Shown here one piece after another: positions 24,194-35,500 of a DNA stretch of 64,000 nucleotides. The notes below the pieces were generated by a model. The model was not told where the DNA came from. It saw nothing but the letters and a program-made list of their open reading frames with translations, and made no database searches. The position numbers and the translations under genes are program-made. Every line of letters starts with the position of its first letter. Positions within the stretch are counted from its first letter, which is position 1. Origin of the DNA: Picochlorum sp. SENEW3 (lineage: Eukaryota); assembly GCA_034226945.1 (NCBI GenBank), contig CP120456.1, positions 992,001 through 1,056,000 on the forward strand. The letters are read 5' to 3'.

Positions 24194-25510
24194 ATGTATC
24201 TGGGGCCACCGTCAATGGAAGACAAGGCGGCGGCCCAGGCACTGCTAGTGTATGTGAGACAACACCACGGTTATGAATTCTTGTACTGTTCTTCAAAGGT
24301 GCAGTATTTTTGGAATGAGGAAAGATTCCAGGACAATACTGATGACGCGCACACATGTAAAATGTGCTTGGATCATGGCGACGAGATTTCCAGAATCTAT
24401 AACGTGTCTTCGAAAATGTTTTCTGGGCACAGGAAGATCAAAAACATATGTGGCATACTCAGAGGTCTCACCATTGATAGAGATGCCTGTAGGAAGATGA
24501 ATCAGAACACCAAGCTTTTAGGTTTCGATGACGGCGTTCTCGAACTTGACACTGGGACATTCAGGCCCCAAAAGTACAGTGATTATATCTCCATGAGCGT
24601 GGGATACAACTACCCCACAACCAGAGACCCCGCAGCCGAAGCCAAAGTGATGGAATTCTTCAGACAAGTGCATCCAGATCCCACCGTACGCAAGTTCGTT
24701 TTATACCGATTGGCGTCATGCTTGGAGGGTTTTAACACGGAGGAAAAGGGGCCAATGTGGACGGGTCCTTCAGGTGCCAATGGGAAGAGCAAGTTGGCAG
24801 AACTGATGTTGTCAGTGATGGGAGATTACGGAGGAACCTTGGAAAGCTCGCAGTTGACCACTGCCAGATCATCAGGTGCAGCCAACAGTCAATTAGCGTC
24901 GGTGATGTTTTGTAGGTTCCTTTTGGTGGAGGAGCCAGATACCATGTGCAAAGCATGGAACTGGGAAAAGTTCAAGGAGATTACTGGTCGAGCTGAGGTG
25001 CAAGTGAGAGAATTGTACGAGCGATCCATTAGTATGAGGCCACACTTCACCCCCATCTTAATCTTCAATTCTGTGCCAGATACGTGTAAAAAAGTTGACC
25101 AAGCCGTTGAGAGACGTTTGGAGGTGATCAGCTTTGAAAGTGAGTTTGTCAATGAGCCCAAGTTGCCACATCAGTTTCCAATTGACATGCATCTCTCTGA
25201 TGCGTTTGCCTGTTGGAAAATACACTTGTTCAATATCCTGTACCACGACTTCTATAAGAAACATGTACTCACAAATCGTCCCATCCAGCTACCAGCTCGG
25301 TGCAAAGAGGCAGCGGACTCAATCTTGGACAATGGGCAGGTGGTACGCAAATGGTTTGAAGATAGAATTGTCCAGGACCCAGGAGGTTTTTTCACGCTGA
25401 ATGCCGCTAAACACGACTTTTATAGTTGGATAGATGCTAGTGGGTATCGCTGCGATGGTATCCCTCTCAGGGATCTGAAGAAGCAATTGTGTGGACTGAT
25501 GAACAGGGAA
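24194..25510 (+). pseudogene. D5-like SF3 primase-helicase (NCLDV/Polinton-like), C-terminus cut at the LINE junction
   Basis: D5_N-like LLGFDDGVLELDTGTFRP, Walker A GPSGANGKS, Walker B FLLVEE, sensor ILIFN, Arg finger AVERRL. Confidence 0.88.
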
Positions 25511-28500
25511 GATCCGTCGTCGAATATCATCCAAGCTATAACTGCACGCCACCACGATGAGACCCCAAGTGTCCGAGGGGTATGGAAGATGTGATGGAGG
25601 CTGATTGGTCCAAATGGAGTGCAACACCTGGGTGACTGGAATGCCAAGACCTGTGGCAAGGTGCTGATATAGGCTACAAGCAATGCTGCATTCCGTGGTA
25701 TAATAATGGTTTCTACCTGGTGTGACATTTGAGTGGCCACAAACACATGCTTTTTCTTTCTGCGTCTTCTGAGCATTCACCTGAGTATCCATGAGGATCT
25801 CCCAGAAAGGGAGTTTATAGATAGAGGGGAGCTGAAGCTGTTGCAAAGGCTTGAAGATTCTGTGGAGTGGTCTAGGCACACTCGCTATGATCTCAAGCCA
25901 GCCCCGGAGGCGTCTGCGTCGGTGCTGTCTATCTACTCGTGTGAACAAGGTAGTGCCTTGCTTCACTGTATATGTATCTAACGTCATAGTGCATTTAGGG
26001 TGTATCTGCCATCCTAGTTCGCCTTGAAGGCCATTCATGACATATGTTCCTGTCTCCTGATTCTGGAGAATGGCCCTCTGAAGATCTGCGAGATGGTATG
26101 CATATATGCTAGATGTAAATAATAGGGTAGGTGGCTCGTACCGTAAATAAGCAGGCTCGTGATGGTAAACTATGGGCTGTAGCTCAAAATTGGGAACAGC
26201 CGGGATGCCTCTCTGTAGAAGGTGGATGGGCAAACAGGCAGGTATGCCTGTATGCTGACCATCCTGCATCTTCAAAAAGATATTCCACGCTAATTGAACC
26301 CATGATTTCTCGGCGCCAGCTGTGAATAAAAGAATATACCACTTCAAATCACGCGCAGATAGGTGGGCCTGAAGGGGTAAACAGCCAAGGCCTCCTTCTT
26401 TTGGATTGGCTGCAAACGCTGTGCTTCTCCAAAAGTTGCTCTGGAGGAGTTGGCGTATGGCTGTCCAGACTTCCTTTACTTGTGCTTGAGTGGGCTTCAC
26501 AACTTCTGCATAGTATAAATCTTTAAAAAGCAGGTATGTCGAGATAATTCTAAATTTGCTAAATGGTGATAAATGTCTTGCTTTGACTTTGCGAATGGCT
26601 GTTTTCAGTTTGGCGACTCGAGTGTCCCAGTCTATGGCAAAGGCGCCTGTATGTGCCAGGACCTGGAAACCTAGGATTGTTGCTTTACTCACCACCTGGA
26701 GCCCTGCGATTGTCCGGGGGTGTTCTGCCGGCTGTCCAATGGGGAGGAGCAATGTTTTGGTCATATTCAGGACCTGTCCAGTGCCTCGTCCAAATCGATG
26801 CATGATGTTGATGAATCGTGAGACATCCGCGTAACTACTTAATGGTACCGTGTTGTCATCTGCATATTGTAATGTAGGAATATAGAGCTCATGAGGGCAT
26901 TGCTGTAGTCCTCCGTGAAGATAGTGTTGCATCTTGTGTGTCATAGGCAGTCTGATGCCAATTCTGTGTGTTTCTAGCCATCTGGCGAGGATATGGCCGA
27001 TCAAAAGGTACAAATATGGAGAGACAGGATCGCCCTGGCGTACGCCTGCTTCAAATTTTCTGCGTTTGGAAAATGCTCCATTATAGTAGACCTGACTATA
27101 CGTATTCTCCAGCAAGACTGCGATCCAGTGTTGGAGTGAGGGAGGCATCTGCAAGCATTGGCAAATTTTCATGAGAAATCGTCGATCAACCTTATCATAT
27201 ACTTTGGAAAAATCGTAAACCGCTAGGAAGGCTGATTTCTGCTCAAGTTGCAAGTGCTGTGGAATGAGTTGGAGAGGCCACACTTTGTCCATAGGGCTCC
27301 GTCCTGGCAGAAAGGCTGTCTGTGTGGGGCTGATCAACTGCTGCAACGGTCCTTTCAATTTCGCAAGAAGTATCTGAGTAAAAATTCGATAATCTGTGTT
27401 GAGTAGGGTGATGGGTCGATAATTGATCGCCTGACATCTGGGTCCTTTTTTGTAAACAGGGATGATGAGACCCTCCAGAAAGGACTGAGGCATGTCGTGC
27501 AAGAGACCAGTGAAGATTTTGGCCAATATCGGGGCCAAGGAATCCTTCAAAAGCCGATACGTGACAATATTAATGCCATCTAGGCCTGCTGCCGTGGGCT
27601 TCATTCGTTTGATGGCATTCCTGACATCTTGTTCTGTGATCACGTGGGGGAAATCCTGTGCTGGAAAAACTGTTCGATCTGCTGGCGTGAGGGAGTGTAG
27701 GATTTCCTCCTGAATCTCTTCTGATAATATGTCCTGTTGTGATATGTCGGCATAGTGGTCAATGAGGATATTTGCACAGGCCGTCGAGTCCCCTTGTAAC
27801 TGCTGGTGGCGATCTTGAAGTCTGTCATCGGTGGTGGAATATCTGTATGGGGTCAACGGCATGGCATGACTTTCTGTGTCTGCATCCCATTGTTGTTCAG
27901 CATTCGGCTGGTGATCTACATGAGCGTAGCGATGTTGGAGCTGATGACTGGTGAAAGCGCTCATGGCTGCTTCTTGCTCTCGAAGTTGTCTGGCAGCCTC
28001 CAGTTCTTTACCTCGAAATTTCCGTTGTGCACTGTACGACAGGCGCGCAATGGTGCCTTTGATGTCAAGCCATGTCTGATAACTGATCGTATCTTGTCTG
28101 GCAAGGGGGCGAAAGCGCTGAGAACATTCATCACGGAAATTCTGCAATATGCTGGCATCGTTTCTAAATTGAGTTGGGATGCGTCTTCTGTAGGCCTTCT
28201 GCTTCGGGGTGGTTATCGGAGTCTGGCGCCTGAGCGACACGATAACCGCCGCGTGATCTGTGTGGACCACCGAAGATTCAATTGACTGCACTGTGATGGA
28301 TTTCAGAAGTGGTTCCAGTTGCTTTGAACCATAGAATCTGTCTAATCTGCTCTTGGTGACGCAACGTGGGTCTTGCTGTGTCACGTGCTCGTGTGTGTAG
28401 GCAGCTCGGTCCCTGAGGGTATTGCTGCCGAAGTCGCATATATCTGTGCTTTCAAACGCAGTGGCCCATAATTTGGCTGTGCGTCTGTATGGATGTGCTC

Positions 28501-29023
28501 TGTGGAGGTTGGTCGTTGTATCACGTTGATGTGAGACAAAATTATAGTCACCTCCCCAGAGAACCGGTTGGCTGTTCTCCAGTTGTTGTTTCAGGATGCG
28601 AATGCATGGCTGTATATCCGAATCTCGTGCTGAGCCTGTATTAGGAAAATATACCGAGCTAATACGCACGTCTAATCCAGGTCCTTTGAAACGGCCTGTC
28701 AGTACCCTGCTTGGGAGATCATGCATGATGGGGCTAAATGCATAAGACTGCTCTAGTAGTCGTCTCCTGACTAAAATGGCCACTCCTTGCCGAGGTCTTG
28801 CCTTATTGGTTGTCTGGCTTAATGCACTGCCCCAGTAACATTGCCAAGGGTGGAGGGATTGTTCAATCTGACGTATGGGATGATCATCTGTGAGCAGATG
28901 GGTCTCCTGCAATAGTACGATATCAATATGTAATCTTTCCAGTTCCACGTGTAAAGCTAATGCTTTGTCAACATTGAGACCATTAACGTTGAGGCTATAG
29001 ATCCTGAGTGTCTGTGGCGTCAT
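25319..29023 (-). CDS. LINE ORF2 (APE + RT + zinc motif); last ~60 aa are read-through into antisense D5 sequence
   Basis: Motifs NVNGL, LQETH, GDYN, RLDRFY, TDH, YRPITLLNTDY, GVRQGDPVSP, QYADD, CVCGH. Confidence 0.93.
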   Translation of the reverse strand: MTPQTLRIYSLNVNGLNVDKALALHVELERLHIDIVLLQETHLLTDDHPIRQIEQSLHPWQCYWGSALSQTTNKARPRQGVAILVRRRLLEQSYAFSPIMHDLPSRVLTGRFKGPGLDVRISSVYFPNTGSARDSDIQPCIRILKQQLENSQPVLWGGDYNFVSHQRDTTTNLHRAHPYRRTAKLWATAFESTDICDFGSNTLRDRAAYTHEHVTQQDPRCVTKSRLDRFYGSKQLEPLLKSITVQSIESSVVHTDHAAVIVSLRRQTPITTPKQKAYRRRIPTQFRNDASILQNFRDECSQRFRPLARQDTISYQTWLDIKGTIARLSYSAQRKFRGKELEAARQLREQEAAMSAFTSHQLQHRYAHVDHQPNAEQQWDADTESHAMPLTPYRYSTTDDRLQDRHQQLQGDSTACANILIDHYADISQQDILSEEIQEEILHSLTPADRTVFPAQDFPHVITEQDVRNAIKRMKPTAAGLDGINIVTYRLLKDSLAPILAKIFTGLLHDMPQSFLEGLIIPVYKKGPRCQAINYRPITLLNTDYRIFTQILLAKLKGPLQQLISPTQTAFLPGRSPMDKVWPLQLIPQHLQLEQKSAFLAVYDFSKVYDKVDRRFLMKICQCLQMPPSLQHWIAVLLENTYSQVYYNGAFSKRRKFEAGVRQGDPVSPYLYLLIGHILARWLETHRIGIRLPMTHKMQHYLHGGLQQCPHELYIPTLQYADDNTVPLSSYADVSRFINIMHRFGRGTGQVLNMTKTLLLPIGQPAEHPRTIAGLQVVSKATILGFQVLAHTGAFAIDWDTRVAKLKTAIRKVKARHLSPFSKFRIISTYLLFKDLYYAEVVKPTQAQVKEVWTAIRQLLQSNFWRSTAFAANPKEGGLGCLPLQAHLSARDLKWYILLFTAGAEKSWVQLAWNIFLKMQDGQHTGIPACLPIHLLQRGIPAVPNFELQPIVYHHEPAYLRYEPPTLLFTSSIYAYHLADLQRAILQNQETGTYVMNGLQGELGWQIHPKCTMTLDTYTVKQGTTLFTRVDRQHRRRRLRGWLEIIASVPRPLHRIFKPLQQLQLPSIYKLPFWEILMDTQVNAQKTQKEKACVCGHSNVTPGRNHYYTTECSIACSLYQHLATGLGIPVTQVLHSIWTNQPPSHLPYPSDTWGLIVVACSYSLDDIRRRIFPVHQSTQLLLQIPERDTIAAIPTSIYPTIKVVFSGIQREKTSWVLDNSIFKPFAYHLPIVQD

Positions 29024-30085
29024 CTTGATGGGCTATATGTTGATGTATGTCTGGGGTCAAAGAGCATCCATGATCTCAGGATTTTGCTCCAGGCAGGCTG
29101 CAATTTCTTGGAGCTCCTGTGCATGGATAGCATCATCCTGAAGCAGCGACGGTTCTGGTGGCTGTATAGGGATGGGTGCTGTCTGCGGCGGAGATTTTCT
29201 TTCTATCGCTGGGCTGGGTCTCCGTCTGTCCATACCTCGTTGTGAGGTGTTAGAAAAGAGCACAGTGCGAGAACGCTTCGTAGGAGTACTCGGGTACATC
29301 GCCTGGTTGGTCATTAGAGCCTGCCGATAGTTCTTTGAACCATTCTTGAACTCTGCATACTCTGCTTTGGCGACGGCAAGTGCCTGGAGTCCAGACGTAT
29401 GCGGTTGTTGTCTGTCCAAGGCTGTTCTGCAGAAGAGATGAATGTTCAGAGTCCGGTCACCAAACATAAATCTGATGGGCTCAATTTTCTTGAGATTCTC
29501 CACCTCCAATGTGGCAATCCATGTGTTGGTAGGCAACTCAATCTCACCACATTTTTCAGTGCTTTGAATGATTTGGGTGGGCTGGAAACCATTAGCTTGA
29601 AGGGCTGCTTTAGCGTAGTCTGGGTCCAGGATTGGGGTGGAATCTGTTTCGTCATTGATATCCATAAAATACTCCTGTTTACGTGGACGATTAGGCCACA
29701 CAAGTTCAACCACATGCTCATGATCATTGATTTCCAGGGATATCGTATCATCTGGTGCAAGAGCATCAACAAGTTCGACCACCTCTTCAAATGTGGCAAA
29801 CGTACATTGAAGGATGGCTCGATAGTTGACCTTTTTGCCCCCAATGAAGGCCGTGGAGTAAAACCAGCGGGATTCTCTGGGCATGCCAACAATTTTTCCT
29901 TTCGGCAAATGCTCGGTAAGGAACTTCACGCACCTGATCTTGAACTGGGACATCTGTTCCGTCACATAGGCGTTCGCATCGTGGTCATAATTCCAATATT
30001 TCTGGGGATTGGCAATCTCCATGCGAAGGTGGAACCTGAACACGCGACTGGTCTCAGTTGGAGCAGGGATGGCTGGGTTTGACAT
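25510..30085 (-). mobile_element. L1/Tx1-like LINE-B, 3'-truncated
   Basis: Uninterrupted ORF1 and ORF2. Similarity to the other two LINE ORF2s stops at DDIRRR near 25510. Confidence 0.9.
29057..30085 (-). CDS. LINE ORF1 protein
   Basis: 342-aa ORF ending 33 nt upstream of ORF2. Confidence 0.78.
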   Translation of the reverse strand: MSNPAIPAPTETSRVFRFHLRMEIANPQKYWNYDHDANAYVTEQMSQFKIRCVKFLTEHLPKGKIVGMPRESRWFYSTAFIGGKKVNYRAILQCTFATFEEVVELVDALAPDDTISLEINDHEHVVELVWPNRPRKQEYFMDINDETDSTPILDPDYAKAALQANGFQPTQIIQSTEKCGEIELPTNTWIATLEVENLKKIEPIRFMFGDRTLNIHLFCRTALDRQQPHTSGLQALAVAKAEYAEFKNGSKNYRQALMTNQAMYPSTPTKRSRTVLFSNTSQRGMDRRRPSPAIERKSPPQTAPIPIQPPEPSLLQDDAIHAQELQEIAACLEQNPEIMDAL

Positions 30086-30209
30086 TCTCGATGTTTCTGG
30101 TATCGGAACGATGTGATAAACGCAAACAGAGCGATGTTTGATAGACTTTGTGTCTTAAAGCTTTTTATAGATTTTCTTACATGGTCATTTAGTCTTGGAT
30201 TTGGTCCCA

Positions 30210-30480
30210 TCCATCCTACCCCTGGAGTTGGTTGCATGGCTCAAACTCAGCTCCACCTTCTGATGTCTCATTCTCCTGCATTTCATCATCTGAGTCATGT
30301 AGTGATATCTCACTATCATCCTCATCCGTTTCCATTACCTCAGAAAGGTCGTCAGAAGGCTCGACATCTGGATTGAAGTCTGAGTTGACCGTGCCTTTGA
30401 AAGGATCAAATCACATCATGTCCAATCCCTCCACAGGCCCTGGAGCCATGTTATCAACCTGGAAGCCTCAATATTCAGGT
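30210..30480 (-). pseudogene. Decayed acidic C-terminal tail of a pogo-like transposase paralog
   Basis: DEDDSEISLHDSDDEMQENETSEGGAEFEPCN aligns with EDEIEYSIHDTDDESQNEEPSEGDHAYDPSN of 40218..42164. Contains in-frame TGA stops. Confidence 0.55.
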
Positions 30481-30625
30481 TGAGTGCCTTCAATTCATCT
30501 GAGCAGGGCTGTAGCCCCTTCCTTCAATCTTGGGTCTGAAACTTTGGACAAAATCTCAACTTGTGCGCATTTTCGGCGATTGAATTTCTTTTTGATTCGC
30601 AGATAATTAGGATCAGTACAGTATA

Positions 30626-30732
30626 TGGAATTGCTGGAGCGAAGGTTTGGGGTGCATTCAATTTTTTTGACTTGGCCGGATTTGGTCCACTTCAAAGGGG
30701 GCCGTCCCTACGGTTATCACGGCCAACCTGTG
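30626..30732. repeat. ~107-bp repeat, inverted copy of 59333-59439
   Basis: Shared TGGAATTGC.GGAGC.AAGGTTTGGGGTGCATTCAAT...GGCCGTCCCTACGGTTATCACGGCC with few mismatches. Confidence 0.92.
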
Positions 30733-30940
30733 TGAAGGATCCCGATCCCGCTAGCGGGAACGCCGCCGAGTTTCGGGGTTTTGGCCATCGGGCGCCACCC
30801 TCAAATATGGCGGTGATCCCGCTTGTAAGCGGGAATGCTGCAGCAAGTGGTACTTTGGAAATTCTATGGAATTCGTGAGATCTCGTGAACCTTCACCCTT
30901 ACGGGAAAATTCAGAAGAATGGGCATGTATTCTCTACCTC

Positions 30941-32062
30941 TTATACATTCGTGGTTTCGTTGTTGAAGTCCTCGTATCGTTTTTGAATGTATGTATATAG
31001 CTCTTTATTCCGGTCATACTGATGAAGTAAGCTGGGAAAATGACGAGATCCCTCTGGAATCACCAGACCACTCCTCAGAATCGCATATGGAGAGCCCAAA
31101 CCCAGTGTAAATATAGGAGATTCCCAGTTGTTGGCCACATGATAATCCAACGTGGTATTTCTAAGAATCCCAAGCCAAATAATGAAGTTAAAGACTCCTT
31201 GATCAGCCCCGTGAGTACTAGTGCACTCAGATCCCAATGTATTTATGGTATCATCCACAATCGTGAGAAAATCTACCAGTGCCAGAGCTTTGCCTGCAAA
31301 CGCTCCAGAGCAAATCACATGACAATGGTCACACCTTTCAAGTGCCTGTAGAGCTTCCGAACCAAAGCAAACCGATATCCACCTGTGATTCCAACGAGCT
31401 CGATCTCTTGAGTCTTCGCAGAACGTAACCTCGCCACCTTTGCTTCCTTCCTTGGAGAAGAGCAAATCTGACTCTGTTAGGTAGCGTTTACTTAAAGGAT
31501 GACTGAAGAATGGGGTTTGAATGACTGCATCGCGTGCATCTGTGATTAGTATTCTATCATCAGACAAGATGCTTCCTTCTGCAATTGCCCTTGCTAAGAA
31601 ATCCTGATAGACCTTTAATCTATGTAAATGAGGAGTGCTTCTGGCAGGCACTTTAACAAATATATATCTCACTGTCCGACAGCGATCTTTGACTGTTTCA
31701 TTCTTGCTTCCAAATATCACTATATTAGTACACGGAGAAAAGAGAGACCAAGAATTCATAAGTGGTCTGGCACGTTCCTCCATATTGTAGGCAAAGGTCA
31801 ACATGTGTGTCTTTTGAGAAATTAAATGAGCAAATTTATCTCTGTGTATGTCTGACACTATACCGGTATATATGTATATGGGATATGAACATATCGATAG
31901 TGACACTAGGGCCGCCATGGTAACTAATATAACTTGTCCCCTCCATGGCCACGTGGATGCACCGGTGCAGGTACTTGAGAGCCGTGCACGGCTCGTTTCA
32001 TGTGGAAAGCTTGTGAACATTGCCACCCTAATTACACTTTCAACAAACGGGCATCTCCACAT
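30941..32062 (-). CDS. Putative GT-A-fold glycosyltransferase, type II membrane protein
   Basis: TM segment VILVTMAALVSLSICSYPIYIY. Motifs ILITDARD, ICSGAFAG, ADQGVFN, LLHQYDR. Intact and intronless. The first ATG is near 32020. Confidence 0.7.
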   Translation of the reverse strand: MWRCPFVESVIRVAMFTSFPHETSRARLSSTCTGASTWPWRGQVILVTMAALVSLSICSYPIYIYTGIVSDIHRDKFAHLISQKTHMLTFAYNMEERARPLMNSWSLFSPCTNIVIFGSKNETVKDRCRTVRYIFVKVPARSTPHLHRLKVYQDFLARAIAEGSILSDDRILITDARDAVIQTPFFSHPLSKRYLTESDLLFSKEGSKGGEVTFCEDSRDRARWNHRWISVCFGSEALQALERCDHCHVICSGAFAGKALALVDFLTIVDDTINTLGSECTSTHGADQGVFNFIIWLGILRNTTLDYHVANNWESPIFTLGLGSPYAILRSGLVIPEGSRHFPSLLHQYDRNKELYTYIQKRYEDFNNETTNV

Positions 32063-32187
32063 TCCAAACTCCTGTCAAATTAAAAAAAAAATTACCGTAG
32101 CGACCAAAAAAAATACGGACCTTGTCCGGTTGGAATCTCTATTTACGGGCCCTTTATGGGGAAAGAACCATGACCTAGGTACCTAGG

Positions 32188-32519
32188 TATTTTATTTTTT
32201 TATAGGGGATTATTACACAGTCGAGAAATATGACGAATATCTTCCAAATCATACAAGCCCCACAGGAGGAAATCCCTAAATAAAATGTTGAGGAATTTAT
32301 AAAGGGATACAAAACCTCCTGACCTGTACATTGTCCATTGGACATACTCCTCTGTAGTGTTTTGTTTGAGCGAGTGTAGCATAGTGAATGAAACAGATTT
32401 CCTCGACCTTCCATATGACGACTGCTCCAGGTTGTGAAATTTTTACCATGGGTACCACTAAACCGTACAGGAGCAGTTGGGCCGTCATACTTCAGGCAAA
32501 TCTGACTATAGTCTCTCTT
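32188..32519 (-). repeat. ~330-bp dispersed repeat, copy 2
   Basis: Direct copy of 11633-11963. Abuts the palindrome ACCTAGGTACCTAGGT at 32173-32188. Confidence 0.95.
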
Positions 32520-32562
32520 GGAATGCTGATGTTTGTCCTGGAAGTGGCAAGCGCTTCCTTGT

Positions 32563-35500
32563 TCACTGCACGAGTGTCACTGATCTGTTTCTAGTCAGGG
32601 TCCATATCAGGGGTTTCTGTAACACCCAGCGATTGTTAGCAGGTTGCCATTTCAGGAATGGCAACTCTTTCATTGTTGGCGATGGTGGAGGGAAGCTGGC
32701 TTTCGTTGTTTCAGCAGTTCCCAGAAGTACTGCTCTGCTGTGTGGCTGGCCTTTCTGATGATATCCTGTGGCTGTGGTGGATGTTCTGTGGTGGAGTGGT
32801 GGAGGAGTCTGTAGGCTGTTTTACGGCCCACATCCAAAGCATTGATGGTAATAATACTAATCTCAGTCCATATGGCATCGTCCACATCCTTTGGAGATGT
32901 GTTGCTCCATATGTTGTGAAGAAGGAGTTGGAAATGGCTGTTTGTTCCAGCAAGCATGCTTTCTGGTTTGAGGAGGCTGTAGACATGTTTGGCAATAGGG
33001 CATTCTCGGGCATAATGGTCCATTGATGCCTTCGAATGTCCACATGCACAGTCCTTGCGCCTCTCCGCTGGGAGATGACTCACGAGGAGCCCTCCTGAGT
33101 TTATATGCCATATGATCGCCTTCCACGGGTTGGGCACCCGTGCTCTCCACCATTTTCTGATGTTTCCCAGCATCTTACCGAACCTGGGCCGTATCTCGCT
33201 CACAGTGTGTATCCAAGCAATCTGATTGTTGGTCGCTTGCTGCCATTTGACTGGGTCTGGCGAGTTGATGGTGATCAGGCGAGTGCCATCTTTCACCGTA
33301 TACTTGTGGAGTGGCAACTGGTTTCCTTTGTAGCGATGCCAGCAGTAGTTCCACTGTCTTTCTTCTGTTGGATTCCTGAATACTGAGTTGATCAGCGAGT
33401 GCAATGAGATCTCGTTGTCCTCGCTGTATTCCATGAGAGCCGGGTGGACTCCCGGTAACTCACACGGCTGGGTGAGGAGCCTGAGAGCCATGATCTTTGT
33501 TGGCCTGTTGGTTCTTCTGTAGTGTGCTGTGGCATTCCATACCAGCGTGGACCAGACGGTGGTGGTGCCTAACACGAGAGCTGATGAGCCATTTATATTG
33601 ACGGGCCTTGATATGTTCCCGAAAGGGGAGCATGCCCAGGCCGCCAAGATCGGCTCTAGACTGTATTGCTTCGTTTTTCCAGCATGGTGCATCTGGTGGT
33701 AAAAGCTTCCTTGCCATCTTATGGATGCCATCGACTATGGATGGCGGTGTATAGATAAATTCTGCAGCATAGAGTACTTTGGAGGTGACAAATTTGTTGA
33801 AGAGGTCAAATTTTGCAAAGATGGACAGTCCTGTCATACGCTTGATTTTATCCGTGAGCTGCTGGAGTTGGGACATTTTGCTTTGCCAATGGTATGTCGG
33901 AGCGTCAATTCCGCAGTGTAGTGTCACACCTAGGATTTTTGCTTCTGTTGTGACCTTGAAGTCATCGATCTGTTGCTTGTGATGCAGGGTCTTGAGGGCG
34001 CCTATGGGCAAGAGTTTGGTCTTCTCCTTGTTCAAGTGCTGCCCTGTTGCCTCAGCGAACAGCGCCATAATCTGTTTAAAGCGCGGGATCTGATCTTCTT
34101 CGAGAATGAGTTTGCTGTCGTCAGCAAACTGGAAAAGGCATAAGCTTCAAGGCTGTATCTGACTGTGTTGGGTCTGTCTGGAGTGGACATGGTATTGTTA
34201 TGCCCAGTTCTGAGTGTTGTACCAGGCGAGCTAGCATAAATCCAATTAACAGGTAGAGTAGTGGGGACGCTGGGCATCCCTGTCTCAGCCCTGCATGAAA
34301 TTGTCTGTAGTCTGAAAAGCAATGGTTTGCATATACCTTACTGGTTGTCTCCTGGAGCATGAGTTGAATCCATCTCACCAGGTAGTCTGGCATCTGGAGT
34401 GTATGGCATATCTGAAACAGAAAGCTTCTATCAATCGTGTCATAGGCTTTGCGAAAGTCGCATAGGGCGATCAATGCTTCTCTGTTGTCTCTGTGTAGGA
34501 GTAGGGGGATGGTCTGTACTGCCCATATGTTTTCTGCTGACTGTCTTCCAGGCAGGAAGGCTGTCTGCGTTGCTGGAATCAAGTTCTGGAGGCTCAAAGT
34601 CATTCTCTCCTTCAGGATAAACCCGAAGATTCTGTAGTCCACATTGAGTAGGGTGATGGGTCTATAATTGGTGGGATCTGTCAGGGTTCCTCCCTTTTCA
34701 ATGGCTCTGATCGTGCCATGATGAAATTTGGCTGGCATCTCGTTCCTTGCGATGATGGCGGAAAATAGTGTGGCCAAGATCGGACACATCCATTTGCTAA
34801 ACTTTCTGTAGTGGATAATCTGCAACCCATCATCTCCAGGACAGGAGTTGCGGATTTTCCTGATGGCTTTGGCGACTTCCTGTGGCTGATTGTCTCTGAG
34901 GGGTTACAAAAGGTCGGGAAGACAGTGCGATCTTCCTCCGCAATCAAATCGATCAGTTCCTGCTGGGCTTCCTGATTTGTTTGCGGAGGCTTTGATACCT
35001 CTGCAATCGTGTTGGCAAGGCAATTTGCGATGCCTTTGGGACTGGTATAAGTATACCGTGACTTTGGGTCAGTCAAGCTTCCAATGCAGTTGCTCCCCTT
35101 GGGTCTCATCAGCAGCTGATAAGAGAGTTTATCCATTGCGTCATTTGGAATACACGTGTGTGAATCCGATCGATTTGCCTGTTGCCCTTGCTGCAGCTGT
35201 CGTTTGCAATCTTTGATGTGTCGGTCAATGCCCTGTTCCTCGGCTTGATGTAAAGCCAGCTTCAGTGCTTCAATTGCTTGGTTCGAGGCCTGGTTCCATA
35301 TTTTCCCCAGTTGGCGTTTAATATGTGGATACTGCTCGAGTATCATCCGATGTCTGTCAGTGTCCGGCAGAGACCCTTGGGTTTCCTCCGAGAGCCAAAC
35401 ACCACCCTGGAATGAGGAGAGGAAAGCCTCGAATGCGTTCCTCGCCTCCTTCATTGCAAGTGGGTGGCATTTTGCTGCGGTTTTAATCCTTTTCATGTAT

